Positions 56,062 to 63,775 of a DNA stretch of 64,000 nucleotides are shown here, piece by piece (position 1 is the stretch's first letter; each line of letters opens with the position of its first letter). A program made the position numbers and the translations under genes. Where the stretch lies: the sequence record ON529860.1. One strand, 5' to 3'. Below the pieces are notes generated by a model. That model searched no databases and was not told the origin of the DNA. It worked only from the letters and a program-made list of their open reading frames with translations.

Positions 56062-56092
56062 AGAGTCACGTTAGCCTGGCTAACGTGACTCT
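56062..56092. promoter_or_regulatory. Perfect 13-bp inverted repeat (terminator and/or GAGTCACG-N13-CGTGACTC dyad)
   Basis: AGAGTCACGTTAG-cctgg-CTAACGTGACTCT lies just after the tail tube stop. Confidence 0.7.
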
Positions 56093-56096
56093 AAGA

Positions 56097-57932
56097 TTAC
56101 GCCGTGGTCGCCAGGATCGACGAGTAGCGGTCGATCTGGATTTCGCAGCCGGTGACCGCGTCACGCTTGGCGCCGAACTCCATGTTCTCCATGACGTCCT
56201 GGTTGCCGCCGGGCGGGTTCACGGTGTCGGTGGTGAAGTTCGCGGCCGGCACGGTGTATTCGTAGTGGTTGCCCAGAACGTCTTCGATCGAGAACTCGAT
56301 CGACACGGTGCGGTGCTCGATGAACTTGTCCCACAGCGAGCCGTCGGCGAAGTAGGCCACCAGGTTGCCCGTGATTTCCATGCGGCCCGCGCCGATGCCG
56401 GCGGGGAACTTGTAGGAAACCGCGTTCTGGTCACGCAGGTTGTTGTTGCCGTTCATCGTGATCGACTGGATCGCGGTGGACAGTTCTTCACCGTTGATGA
56501 TGATGGCGCCGACGTTGACGGTCGCGTTGGCGACCGGGGTCGAGGTCGTCTCCAGGACGGTGTAGGGGGCGGCGCCCAGCTTGGTGGTGCCCTGACGCTT
56601 GGTCTGGCGGCCGTTGAAGCCGAACGAGCCGGTCAGGATCGAGTTCGACGCGATGTTGTAGCTGAAGGTGCCGACGCGCAGGCCGTCGGTGATCCAGTAT
56701 TGGTCGACGTCTTCGAAGCCGGTCTCGATGGTGAACGACTGCGGCGTGATCTCGTCGGCGTCCGACGGGTTGCGCAGCATCGAGCCCTTGATCGTGACCT
56801 TCAGTTCGGCGGCGTTGTCGAACGTCGCCGGCGACGGCGTGACCGTGATCTTGTCGTCGGTCATGGTGTCGATCTTGAAGACGCCGTGCAGGGTGGCGTC
56901 GCCGCCCGCGAAGTCGACGACCGCGATGGCGTTGCCCGAATCCAGGGTCTCCAGCATCTGACCGCCGGTGCGCAGCAGGTTCTTGATGGTCACGACGCCC
57001 AGGGCGACCGTGGCCGAGACTTGCAGTTCGCCGCGCACGCGCTTGGCGTTCAGTTCCGCAGCGAACAGAGCCGCTTGCGTGGCGGCGTCCGTGCCCAGGC
57101 CGACGGCTTCAGCCGAGGGCGGGACCGATCCGCCGAACTGGAAGACCAGGGTCTTGTCGCCGTCCGAGACCGTAACGCGCGAACCCACGGCGGGGACCGC
57201 CGAGAAGGTGATCGTGCCGGTTTCGATGCCCAGGCCGTCGATGAACAGCTTCTGGCCGACGTGCAGTTGACCCGCAGCGATGGCGCCGGCGAAGGCGTTG
57301 GTGCCGTTGGAGTCGAAGGCCGATTCGCCGGCCGTGCCTGCACGAATGTCGGTGTTGTTCAGCACGATGACGTCGTTGGCGTCGATCATGGCGGTGTAGG
57401 CGGAGCCGTTCTCGGCCTCACCGGTCGTTTCGGCGACCGTGATCTCGGTGCGGTTGGCGCCGGCGTTCCAGGTGATCGCGTCGATCTGCCAGTAGGCGTT
57501 GTTCGCCGACTTCAGGAAGCCCGAGGTCTTGATGCGGCGGCCCGTGAAGAAGTAGTTGGTGACGTCCACGCCCTTGACGTGCAGCATCGACGCCGAGGCC
57601 CAGGCCAGGGCGGTGCCCTTGACCGAGTCGAAGGTCATCGGGCGCGTCCAGGCGCCGTAGACGAAGGCTTCCATCAGGTCGTCGTGCGAGCCGGCCGAAT
57701 ATTCGATGTTGATTTCACCGGCCGAGCGCGCGCCCGTTTCGATGTAGTCAGCCACCATGCGGTCAGCCCGGATTTCTTCCGAGGTCGCGGTCTCTTTGTT
57801 GGCGTTGATGGTCGAGCCGGTGTAGCGCACTTCACGAGTGCGGCCGGCAGCGGGAGTGGTGCCCCAGGCGTTGTCGTCTTCCTTCAGCATGCGAAGACGG
57901 GCGCGGTTGGAGTCAGCGAAGATTTGGACCAT
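56097..57932 (-). CDS. Major tail tube protein (611 aa, with insertions)
   Basis: Phage tube-type motifs (SEEIRADR, GEINIEYS, GRMEITGNLVAYF); lies upstream of the chaperone and TMP. Confidence 0.88.
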   Translation of the reverse strand: MVQIFADSNRARLRMLKEDDNAWGTTPAAGRTREVRYTGSTINANKETATSEEIRADRMVADYIETGARSAGEINIEYSAGSHDDLMEAFVYGAWTRPMTFDSVKGTALAWASASMLHVKGVDVTNYFFTGRRIKTSGFLKSANNAYWQIDAITWNAGANRTEITVAETTGEAENGSAYTAMIDANDVIVLNNTDIRAGTAGESAFDSNGTNAFAGAIAAGQLHVGQKLFIDGLGIETGTITFSAVPAVGSRVTVSDGDKTLVFQFGGSVPPSAEAVGLGTDAATQAALFAAELNAKRVRGELQVSATVALGVVTIKNLLRTGGQMLETLDSGNAIAVVDFAGGDATLHGVFKIDTMTDDKITVTPSPATFDNAAELKVTIKGSMLRNPSDADEITPQSFTIETGFEDVDQYWITDGLRVGTFSYNIASNSILTGSFGFNGRQTKRQGTTKLGAAPYTVLETTSTPVANATVNVGAIIINGEELSTAIQSITMNGNNNLRDQNAVSYKFPAGIGAGRMEITGNLVAYFADGSLWDKFIEHRTVSIEFSIEDVLGNHYEYTVPAANFTTDTVNPPGGNQDVMENMEFGAKRDAVTGCEIQIDRYSSILATTA

Positions 57933-58003
57933 AGGTCGAAAGGTTCCACGAGGTTGGAGACAGGCGGGCAGCGACCGCCCCGGTCTACGCCTCGAATGCG
58001 TGG

Positions 58004-58044
58004 ACCCTACTCGAAAAGACCTTCAATGTCAAGATTTCAGGCAT
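58004..58044 (-). promoter_or_regulatory. Tail tube promoter with an upstream TGCC-N7 element
   Basis: ATGCC-N7-TTGACA-17 nt-TAGGGT. Confidence 0.75.
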
Positions 58045-58071
58045 TGACTGCCGCGTTTCGCGGCAGTAGCC

Positions 58072-58551
58072 TTAGGCGCGGAAGTCGCTTGCCTGCGGAT
58101 CGCGATGGTAGAAGTGGAACGTGCCGTCGCAGATGATCTGGAAGTAGCCGTTCTTGGCCCCCGTGAACGGGGTCTTCACATTCGACACCAGCAGCTTCAA
58201 GTGGCCGTCGGGAGCCACCTCTTTCTCGCGCCGGTTCATCTCACGGCGGATGGCGTCGGCGATGGTGATGCCAGGGCCGGACCCGATCGCCTCGGGCACC
58301 ATGATGTCGAACTGGTAGATGCCGACGGTCATTTCGAAGCCGCGCCGGCCGCCGAGTTCGGCCTGGCGGGACCCGCCGGTGCGGAACCAGAAGGAGGCGT
58401 AGATCGCCGCCTTCTCGCTGCCCTTCTTCACCGGAGGCTTGGTGAAGGGCTCGTTCATCAACTCCACGCGCGTGCCGTCGAGGCCGCCTTTGAGGGCGGC
58501 CTGAAGAGCGGCTTTATCGAGCACGCGGCGCAGGCTGTTGAAGACGTCCAT
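58072..58551 (-). CDS. Tail terminator-like protein
   Basis: Position and the GIYQFDIMVPEAIGSG motif. The ATG is at 58551. Confidence 0.65.
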   Translation of the reverse strand: MDVFNSLRRVLDKAALQAALKGGLDGTRVELMNEPFTKPPVKKGSEKAAIYASFWFRTGGSRQAELGGRRGFEMTVGIYQFDIMVPEAIGSGPGITIADAIRREMNRREKEVAPDGHLKLLVSNVKTPFTGAKNGYFQIICDGTFHFYHRDPQASDFRA

Positions 58552-58579
58552 GAGAGTTCCTTGACTGCAAGTTCCGGGC

Positions 58580-59071
58580 CTAGAAGACCCCGGCCTGCAC
58601 CTCTGCGATCGCCAGCCGCACAATGCCCTTTTTCGAGCGGGACAGTTCCGGGGTCGGCAGTTGGCCGTACTCCAGCCCGACGGCGCTGTCGGAGGTGTTG
58701 GTGAGATAGATGTCGACCGGCGTCTTGGCCTTCAGCGCCGCCGCCAACGAGCGCCGGGGGCGCTGTTCGTTGACCTTGCGGCGCGGTTCGTCGCCCAGGG
58801 CCATGGAGTTGGTCGGTCCAGGATCGATGCCGCCGCCGCGCGGCGCTTCGTGGGCGGTGTCCGGACGCAGGGTCGACCAGCGCCAGTTCAGGATCGTGTC
58901 GCCCTCCCAGACCGGGGTGTTCGCCAGGATGCGCTCGTTCAGCGCCACCAGGATGGCGTCCGCCTTGCGATCATAGGTGGTCTCGACGTGGTCGAAGAAC
59001 TTCTCGAACGTGTGGGCGAAGGGATTGTTGATCTGGACCCCGACCTTGGTCCCGCTCCGGGAAAAGGACAC
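58580..59071 (-). CDS. Neck / tail completion protein (HK97 gp10-like)
   Basis: NTPVWEG...NW...IYLTN...LEYG pattern; position in the neck cluster. Confidence 0.65.
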   Translation of the reverse strand: MSFSRSGTKVGVQINNPFAHTFEKFFDHVETTYDRKADAILVALNERILANTPVWEGDTILNWRWSTLRPDTAHEAPRGGGIDPGPTNSMALGDEPRRKVNEQRPRRSLAAALKAKTPVDIYLTNTSDSAVGLEYGQLPTPELSRSKKGIVRLAIAEVQAGVF

Positions 59072-59446
59072 CTAGCTGGCCCGGCACTGAAGTTTCGCCA
59101 GAAGCGAGGCCGGATCGGTGAGGACCCGGATGATCTGCCACTTCAAGCCATTGTCGTCGGTGAGGATGTCGGTGTCCTTGGGGAAGACGCCCAGTTCGTC
59201 CATGGGGAACAGGACCTTGGTGTCGGTCACGACGATCAAGGGGTCGGCCTCCTTCTCTTTCGAGGAGAAGGAGGTGAAGACGACCATGTTCAGGGTCTTG
59301 TCGGTATAGCCCTGGGTCACCTCTCCGGCGTCCAGGTCCCGCACCGGCGAGGCGCCGGCGATATGATAGGTCGCCTTACGCGGGACGTCGTCCAACGCAA
59401 GGAAGGCTTGCCGCACGGCGCGGCGAAGGGTCGCCTTCAACGCCAT
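59072..59446 (-). CDS. Head closure / head-tail joining protein
   Basis: Size, position and beta-rich pattern. Confidence 0.6.
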   Translation of the reverse strand: MALKATLRRAVRQAFLALDDVPRKATYHIAGASPVRDLDAGEVTQGYTDKTLNMVVFTSFSSKEKEADPLIVVTDTKVLFPMDELGVFPKDTDILTDDNGLKWQIIRVLTDPASLLAKLQCRAS

Positions 59447-59451
59447 GGCGG

Positions 59452-59982
59452 TTAGGTCCGGACAATGCGCTTGAAGCCGGGACGACGGCCGGTCTTGGCG
59501 CCGCCCAGGTCCTCCAGCATCGCCAGCAGGAACTCCGGCATGACGCCTTCACGCTCGCCGCTGTCCTTGAACTTGACCTGGATGACGTCGACCTTGATTT
59601 CGCTGAACTCACCCGAGCCGCCGTCGGCGTTGGCGCGGGTCCAGTCCGAGGTCATCAGATAGGCGGCGAACTCCGCCGTCGCTTCCTTGAGCAGACGAGG
59701 GATCACATTGTCCGGGATCATCACCCCGTCCAGGGTGACGCCGGCGCGCGGCCAGGCCAGACCGGAGTCTGGCTCGACGCGCGTGCCGTGCCATTTGAAA
59801 CGGATGTCCAGCACCTTGGAGGCGCGGACGAGGAGGCGCTGCTTGTCCTCCTCTTCCTGATCGAGCCACTCGGCCGAGATGTGGCCGTTCGCCTCGATGT
59901 AGTCGTCGGCGAATTCAACCGTGCAGTAGGAGTTGGCCTGGGGGTCGCCTTGACCCTCCTCGACCACAAAGTTGAATGCCAT
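59452..59982 (-). CDS. Head-tail adaptor (DnaT-like family)
   Basis: FVVEEGQG-x3-ANSY...LAWPR...IP-x2-LKEAT-x-E. Confidence 0.7.
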   Translation of the reverse strand: MAFNFVVEEGQGDPQANSYCTVEFADDYIEANGHISAEWLDQEEEDKQRLLVRASKVLDIRFKWHGTRVEPDSGLAWPRAGVTLDGVMIPDNVIPRLLKEATAEFAAYLMTSDWTRANADGGSGEFSEIKVDVIQVKFKDSGEREGVMPEFLLAMLEDLGGAKTGRRPGFKRIVRT

Positions 59983-60003
59983 TCTGGGAAAGTGCTCCGA
60001 TTA

Positions 60004-60032
60004 GAGTCACGCTTCGTAGGGAAACGTGACTC
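60004..60032. promoter_or_regulatory. GAGTCACG-N13-CGTGACTC dyad
   Basis: Same arms and spacing as the dyad at 56063-56091; intergenic. Confidence 0.6.
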
Positions 60033-60033
60033 C

Positions 60034-60861
60034 TTAACGCGCCGCAGAGTGCACGAAACCGGGCAAACTGTCAAGGTTTCCGTGGCCCGCCGCCTGGGCT
60101 TCCTGAGCCGCCTTGCGCACGCGGTTGCGGTGCGAGATGGCCTTGACCCACTTCTTCGCCATTTCCGAACGGACCACGTCGTCCTCGGTGAACTCGACGA
60201 TGTCCATGATCTCCCAGTCGTCGGAGATGTTGACGATCTCTTCCAGGCCGGAGTTGTGGATGTCGATCTGCGAGTGGTCGCCGGCGACGACGACCTGGGT
60301 GCCGTTGCCCGTGCGGGTCAGCAGCAGGTAGAGGTCGTCGAACTCGGCGTTCTGGGCTTCGTCCAGGATGACGCAGGCGTTGTCGAAGGTGCGGCCGCGC
60401 ATGTATTCGAACGGCACGATCTCGAACTTGCCCTCCGACTTCCACATTTCCAGTTGGGTCTTGGAGACCTCGGCGCGGATGCCCTCGATGACCGGCGTCA
60501 GCCAGGGCGCCATCTTGGCTTCGATGTTGCCCGGCAGGAAGCCGATCTGGTGTCCCTTCTTGGAGGCGGTCACCCGGCTGATGATGATCTTTTCGATGTC
60601 GCCCTTGAGCATGCGCTGGGCGGCGATCCGGGCGGCGAGGTAGGTCTTGCCCGTGCCCGCCGGGCCGATGGCGAAGACCGAATCGCCTTCCTTCAGCACT
60701 TCCAGGTAGTCCGCCTGGTTCTCGGTCTTGGGGACCAACGGCTTGGCCGTGTGCTTGGTCTGCTTGGCGGAGCGTTCTGCGCGGCGAGCCGCGCGTGCCT
60801 GAGCCTTGGTGAGGGGCCGTTCGTGCATCGGTTCGAACGGGGTGTAGGCGGGTTCAGTCAA
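60034..60861 (-). CDS. phoH: PhoH family ATPase
   Basis: GPAGTGKT, GFLPG, PFEYMRGRTF, ILDEAQN, GDHSQID and DVVRS. Confidence 0.93.
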   Translation of the reverse strand: MTEPAYTPFEPMHERPLTKAQARAARRAERSAKQTKHTAKPLVPKTENQADYLEVLKEGDSVFAIGPAGTGKTYLAARIAAQRMLKGDIEKIIISRVTASKKGHQIGFLPGNIEAKMAPWLTPVIEGIRAEVSKTQLEMWKSEGKFEIVPFEYMRGRTFDNACVILDEAQNAEFDDLYLLLTRTGNGTQVVVAGDHSQIDIHNSGLEEIVNISDDWEIMDIVEFTEDDVVRSEMAKKWVKAISHRNRVRKAAQEAQAAGHGNLDSLPGFVHSAAR

Positions 60862-60888
60862 GCAACTGTCCTGGGCTATGGCTGGGTC

Positions 60889-61140
60889 TCAGCCGGATGT
60901 GGCCTCCAGACGGATCGCGCTGGCGGCCTGACAGTGGAGAAGGTTGGAGCGGAAATGCTCCACCAGTTCTCCGAGGATCGCCATGCTTTCGGGAGTGAGG
61001 TCCTCCAGGAGCATGTCGTTCATCGCGGCGGCGCCGCGAATCATGTCCATGTGCCGGGCTTCGATGTCCGCGCTGGGCGACTCCACCGCCTGGACGAATG
61101 CCGCCACGGGCGGGAACGTAGGAGCGAGTGCGGCGTTCAT
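60889..61140 (-). CDS. Hypothetical protein
   Basis: Has an SD-like sequence upstream and fits the operon. Confidence 0.6.
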   Translation of the reverse strand: MNAALAPTFPPVAAFVQAVESPSADIEARHMDMIRGAAAMNDMLLEDLTPESMAILGELVEHFRSNLLHCQAASAIRLEATSG

Positions 61141-61242
61141 CGGGGTTCCCTCAGAGGAAATGCTTAACTGAGGGGAACCTAACCCGACCTTAGGGTGTTG
61201 CGCAAGGACGGTCTGGGAACAATCCCCTACCGCGTGAGTGGT

Positions 61243-61689
61243 TTAGCCCGCTCCCGTAACCATGGTTACAATGGCGCCGACGACCGCCGCCAGCAGGGCC
61301 GAGCCCCCGGCGGTCAACGGACCGATGATGATCTCCATCCGCGTCAGGCGCTTTTCCAGCGCCAGCTTGTCGGCGGTGAACTCACGCTCCAGGCGGTCCA
61401 GTTCGTCCGCCGCCTCTTTTTCGACGCGGGCCGTTTCCTGGGCGGCGGCCTTGAGGTCGCGTTCCAGGTTGGCGATTTTCTGCGGCTGATCCTGAGCCTC
61501 GATGCGCGTCAGGCGATCGCGCACGTCCTTCATGTCTTCGCGGAATCCGTCGAAACGGGTGTCGACCTTGTCGACAAGCCGATCCATCTTGTCGTTGAGC
61601 GTCGTGAAGAGACGGTCCACGGCGTCGCGGAACCGGTCTTCGGGCGTCATGCCCACGGCCGGAATGGGAATGTTACCGGCCATCGACAT
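61243..61689 (-). CDS. Coiled-coil protein with a C-terminal TM helix
   Basis: Heptad-rich charged body and hydrophobic C-terminus; overlaps the PAS gene by 17 nt. Confidence 0.75.
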   Translation of the reverse strand: MSMAGNIPIPAVGMTPEDRFRDAVDRLFTTLNDKMDRLVDKVDTRFDGFREDMKDVRDRLTRIEAQDQPQKIANLERDLKAAAQETARVEKEAADELDRLEREFTADKLALEKRLTRMEIIIGPLTAGGSALLAAVVGAIVTMVTGAG

Positions 61690-62173
61690 AGACCTCCTCG
61701 ATCTGAGCGATGCCGCACACCGCGACCACGTCCCCGTTCACCATGATGGGCCACTTCCACCCCGCGAAGCGCAGCAGAGCGCCGCTGGAGGCATGCGGAA
61801 TGACGCCGTCGACCTGGATCGTGCGGCGCTCGATGACGCATTGGAGGTCTTCGTCCTCAAAGGCGCTGGCGTCGCCGTTGTCCCAGATGGCGTGATCCGG
61901 CTGCGCCAGGTAGTCGAGCGCGGTCACGCCCGTCATGGCGGTATAGGGTCGGTTGACGTGAACCATCACGAACGATCCGTCCGCTTGCAAGGCCTTGATC
62001 CAGGCCGGCAGGGGCATGTGTTCGAAGAAGCCCGTCATCAGGAGGCAAGGGTCCTCCGAACGGCACTCTTCGGCGGCGTCACGCAAAATGTTGAGCAGGG
62101 CTTCCACGTCTTGACGCGGTTTCTGCGGGATACCCGTCGGTTGGGCCGAAGGGCTGCTGTCGTTGTTCGACAC
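61673..62173 (-). CDS. Stand-alone PAS (PAS_4-like) domain protein
   Basis: FEHMPLPAWIK...VNRPY-x3-TG...D-x2-AF-x3-D-x2-C...KWPI-x2-NGDVVAVCGI follows the PAS/PAC consensus. Confidence 0.75.
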   Translation of the reverse strand: MSNNDSSPSAQPTGIPQKPRQDVEALLNILRDAAEECRSEDPCLLMTGFFEHMPLPAWIKALQADGSFVMVHVNRPYTAMTGVTALDYLAQPDHAIWDNGDASAFEDEDLQCVIERRTIQVDGVIPHASSGALLRFAGWKWPIMVNGDVVAVCGIAQIEEVYVDGR

Positions 62174-62214
62174 GGCCTTCGTCCCCGACGGTTAGCGCGT
62201 TGATATTGACGCGG

Positions 62215-62255
62215 AGGCTACGCGCAAACCCCTTGAAAGTCAAGATTTTTGGCAA
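62215..62255 (-). promoter_or_regulatory. PAS gene promoter with an upstream TTGCC-N7 element
   Basis: TTGCC-N7-TTGACT-17 nt-TAGCCT. Confidence 0.7.
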
Positions 62256-62297
62256 CGATTGCCAGCCAATAAATTCCTTGACGAAGCGCAGCGCCGG

Positions 62298-62397
62298 AAT
62301 CACAACGCCCCGCACCGGACGGGGGCCAGTGCGGGGCGCTGCTTGACGACGGAGGACCGCGTCAGCCGGACAAAGCCCCGTGGCTGACTGCGACGCT
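62298..62397 (-). ncRNA. Candidate ~100-nt two-hairpin small RNA
   Basis: Has its own promoter (TTGACA-17-TACATC at 62404-62432), stems GTCAGCC/GGCTGAC and CGCCCCGCAC/GTGCGGGGCG, and a linker containing CCUCC. Confidence 0.45.
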
Positions 62398-62449
62398 GTG
62401 CGGGATGTAGAGGACTGCGCGGTGCGTGTCAACCCTCTCGGTCAGATAA

Positions 62450-62530
62450 TGGCGGGGACGGAGGGAATCGAACCCCCTGGATGACGCCTTCGGAGGGCGT
62501 TGCCTACATTCCGGTCGGCACTTCGCCCCC
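62450..62530 (-). tRNA. tRNA-Arg(CCG), atypical long D-loop
   Basis: Acceptor GGGGGCG/CGUCCCC, anticodon arm ACGCC-CUCCGAA-GGCGU, UUCGA T-loop and encoded CCA. Confidence 0.8.
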
Positions 62531-62563
62531 GAGGCGGTGGGCCGGACAGGCCGGCAGAAAGAG

Positions 62564-62645
62564 TGGCGCCCAAGGCAGGATTTGAACCTGCGTTTGCAAC
62601 TCCGCTACGGATAAGGCCTTCGTAGGACCCCTCGGTTACTTGGGC
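62564..62645 (-). tRNA. tRNA-like element with an 11-nt anticodon loop (identity undetermined)
   Basis: Perfect acceptor GCCCAAG/CUUGGGC plus G-CCA and a perfect T-arm; the anticodon stem CUACG/CGUAG closes AAGGCCUUAUC. Confidence 0.7.
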
Positions 62646-62648
62646 ATT

Positions 62649-62732
62649 TGGCTCCTATGAGAGGACTCGAACCTCTAAGTCTTGCGACGGTCGATTAACA
62701 GTCGACTGCGTTTACCATTCCGCCACATAGGA
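62649..62732 (-). tRNA. tRNA-Asn(GUU) with a long variable arm
   Basis: UCCUAUG/CAUAGGA-G-CCA, anticodon arm GUCGA-CUGUUAA-UCGAC, and variable stem GUC-GCAA-GAC. Confidence 0.9.
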
Positions 62733-62757
62733 ACAAACTGAATACTGATATTTTACC

Positions 62758-62831
62758 TGGTTCTGGCTCTAGGAATCGAACCTAAATCTCGGAGACCAAA
62801 ACTCCGCGTGATACCGTTACACTAAGCCAGA
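62758..62831 (-). tRNA. tRNA-Gln(UUG)
   Basis: UCUGGCU/AGCCAGA, anticodon arm CGGAG-UUUUGGU-CUCCG, CCA. Confidence 0.88.
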
Positions 62832-62842
62832 TCAGGAAAACT

Positions 62843-62920
62843 TGGTAGGAGGTACTGGATTCGAACCAGTGAAATGTCGGTATGTGAAACCGATGCCTTG
62901 GGCCGCTTGGCGAACCTCCC
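62843..62920 (-). tRNA. tRNA-Val(CAC)
   Basis: GGGAGGU/ACCUCCU-A-CCA and anticodon arm UCGGU-UUCACAU-ACCGA; the body is Gln-like. Confidence 0.8.
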
Positions 62921-62964
62921 ATGCAAGAGCAGCGTATCTCCACCGCTCAGGGACAAAGTAAAGT

Positions 62965-63041
62965 TGGTCCTAGCACCAGGATTTGAACCTGGGACCGAGC
63001 GGTTATCGACCGCGCGCTCTACCAAACTGAGCTATGCTAGG
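62965..63041 (-). tRNA. tRNA-Ile(GAU)
   Basis: CCUAGCA/UGCUAGG-A-CCA; anticodon loop UCGAUAA has C33 in place of U33. Confidence 0.85.
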
Positions 63042-63045
63042 GCTG

Positions 63046-63120
63046 TGGTAGCGGATACAGGAATCGCACCTGTGCATGTCGGCGTGTCATACCGATGCCT
63101 TTCTACTTGGCTAATCCGCC
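63046..63120 (-). tRNA. tRNA-Val(GAC)
   Basis: GGCGGAU/AUCCGCU-A-CCA, anticodon loop AUGACAC, T-loop UGCGAUU. Confidence 0.8.
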
Positions 63121-63133
63121 ACACAGAAAAGTG

Positions 63134-63208
63134 TGGCCCACCCAGGAGCGCTCGCATCTCCGTCTCGGGGATTTCACTCCCGCGCTAATCTGTCTCAGCT
63201 ATGAGTGG
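63134..63208 (-). tRNA. tRNA-Phe(GAA), degenerate T-arm
   Basis: CCACUCA/UGGGUGG-G-CCA, anticodon loop GUGAAAU, T-loop UGCGAGC with a stem mismatch. Confidence 0.65.
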
Positions 63209-63209
63209 A

Positions 63210-63293
63210 TGGTGGGAAGGGAGAGAATTCGCACTCTCACAGCTTGCGCGGGGGATTTACAGTCCCTTGGGCTCACTCGTGCCCAGCCTGCCC
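63210..63293 (-). tRNA. tRNA-Tyr(GUA)
   Basis: Anticodon loop CUGUAAA, long variable arm, T-stem GAGAG/CUCUC with an 8-nt loop UGCGAAUU, and A-CCA. Confidence 0.8.
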
Positions 63294-63360
63294 AAAATGT
63301 TACGGCTCAGTCGCCGCCGGTCATGGTGATCTCCTGGATCAGATGAAGGTGTTGAAACGG

Positions 63361-63394
63361 AAAAGGCCCGCCTGGCGGAAACCAGGCGGGCCTT
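63361..63394 (-). terminator. Intrinsic terminator upstream of the tRNA array
   Basis: AAGGCCCGCCTGG-cggaaa-CCAGGCGGGCCTT, with UUUU on the minus strand. Confidence 0.85.
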
Positions 63395-63559
63395 CGAAAC
63401 TTGGGAGTTCTAAGTGGGTATCAGATCAAATCTGCGTCCCACCATCGCCCATGCACGAATGGCCCGCCCGGTTAAACCGGACGACCTGAATTTGCTGCAC
63501 GTTGTTGCGATAGGTGAACATGAGAAGACGTTTACTACAGGCGGCGACCAGTGTCAACA

Positions 63560-63775
63560 TTATTGTCGCCGATGGACCCAAGTTTTTTCGAGGGCGCTGT
63601 CCCAGGTCCCCCAGTTGCAGGGGTCAGGGTAGTCCCGATAGCGCCAGCCGCCGCAATAGCGGCACATGGCTTCAGTCTGATGGGCCTCGGCGGGGTGCGG
63701 TTCACAGTCCCCCGAGACGTCGCACAGCGGCCAGCCGTCGGGTCCCAGGGTAGGATCGTCGTCCGGGTCCGTCAC
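63560..63775 (-). CDS. Small Cys-rich hypothetical protein
   Basis: The GTG start overlaps the upstream TGA; contains C-x5-C and CRYC. Confidence 0.55.
   Translation of the reverse strand: MTDPDDDPTLGPDGWPLCDVSGDCEPHPAEAHQTEAMCRYCGGWRYRDYPDPCNWGTWDSALEKTWVHRRQ

Noticed and set aside
62564-62645. Ochre suppressor (UUA) or selenocysteine tRNA reading of the aberrant tRNA
   Set aside because: UUA can be centred only by breaking the stem and losing U33. There is no UCA anticodon or 8-bp acceptor, and genes in the window use TAA/TGA stops normally.
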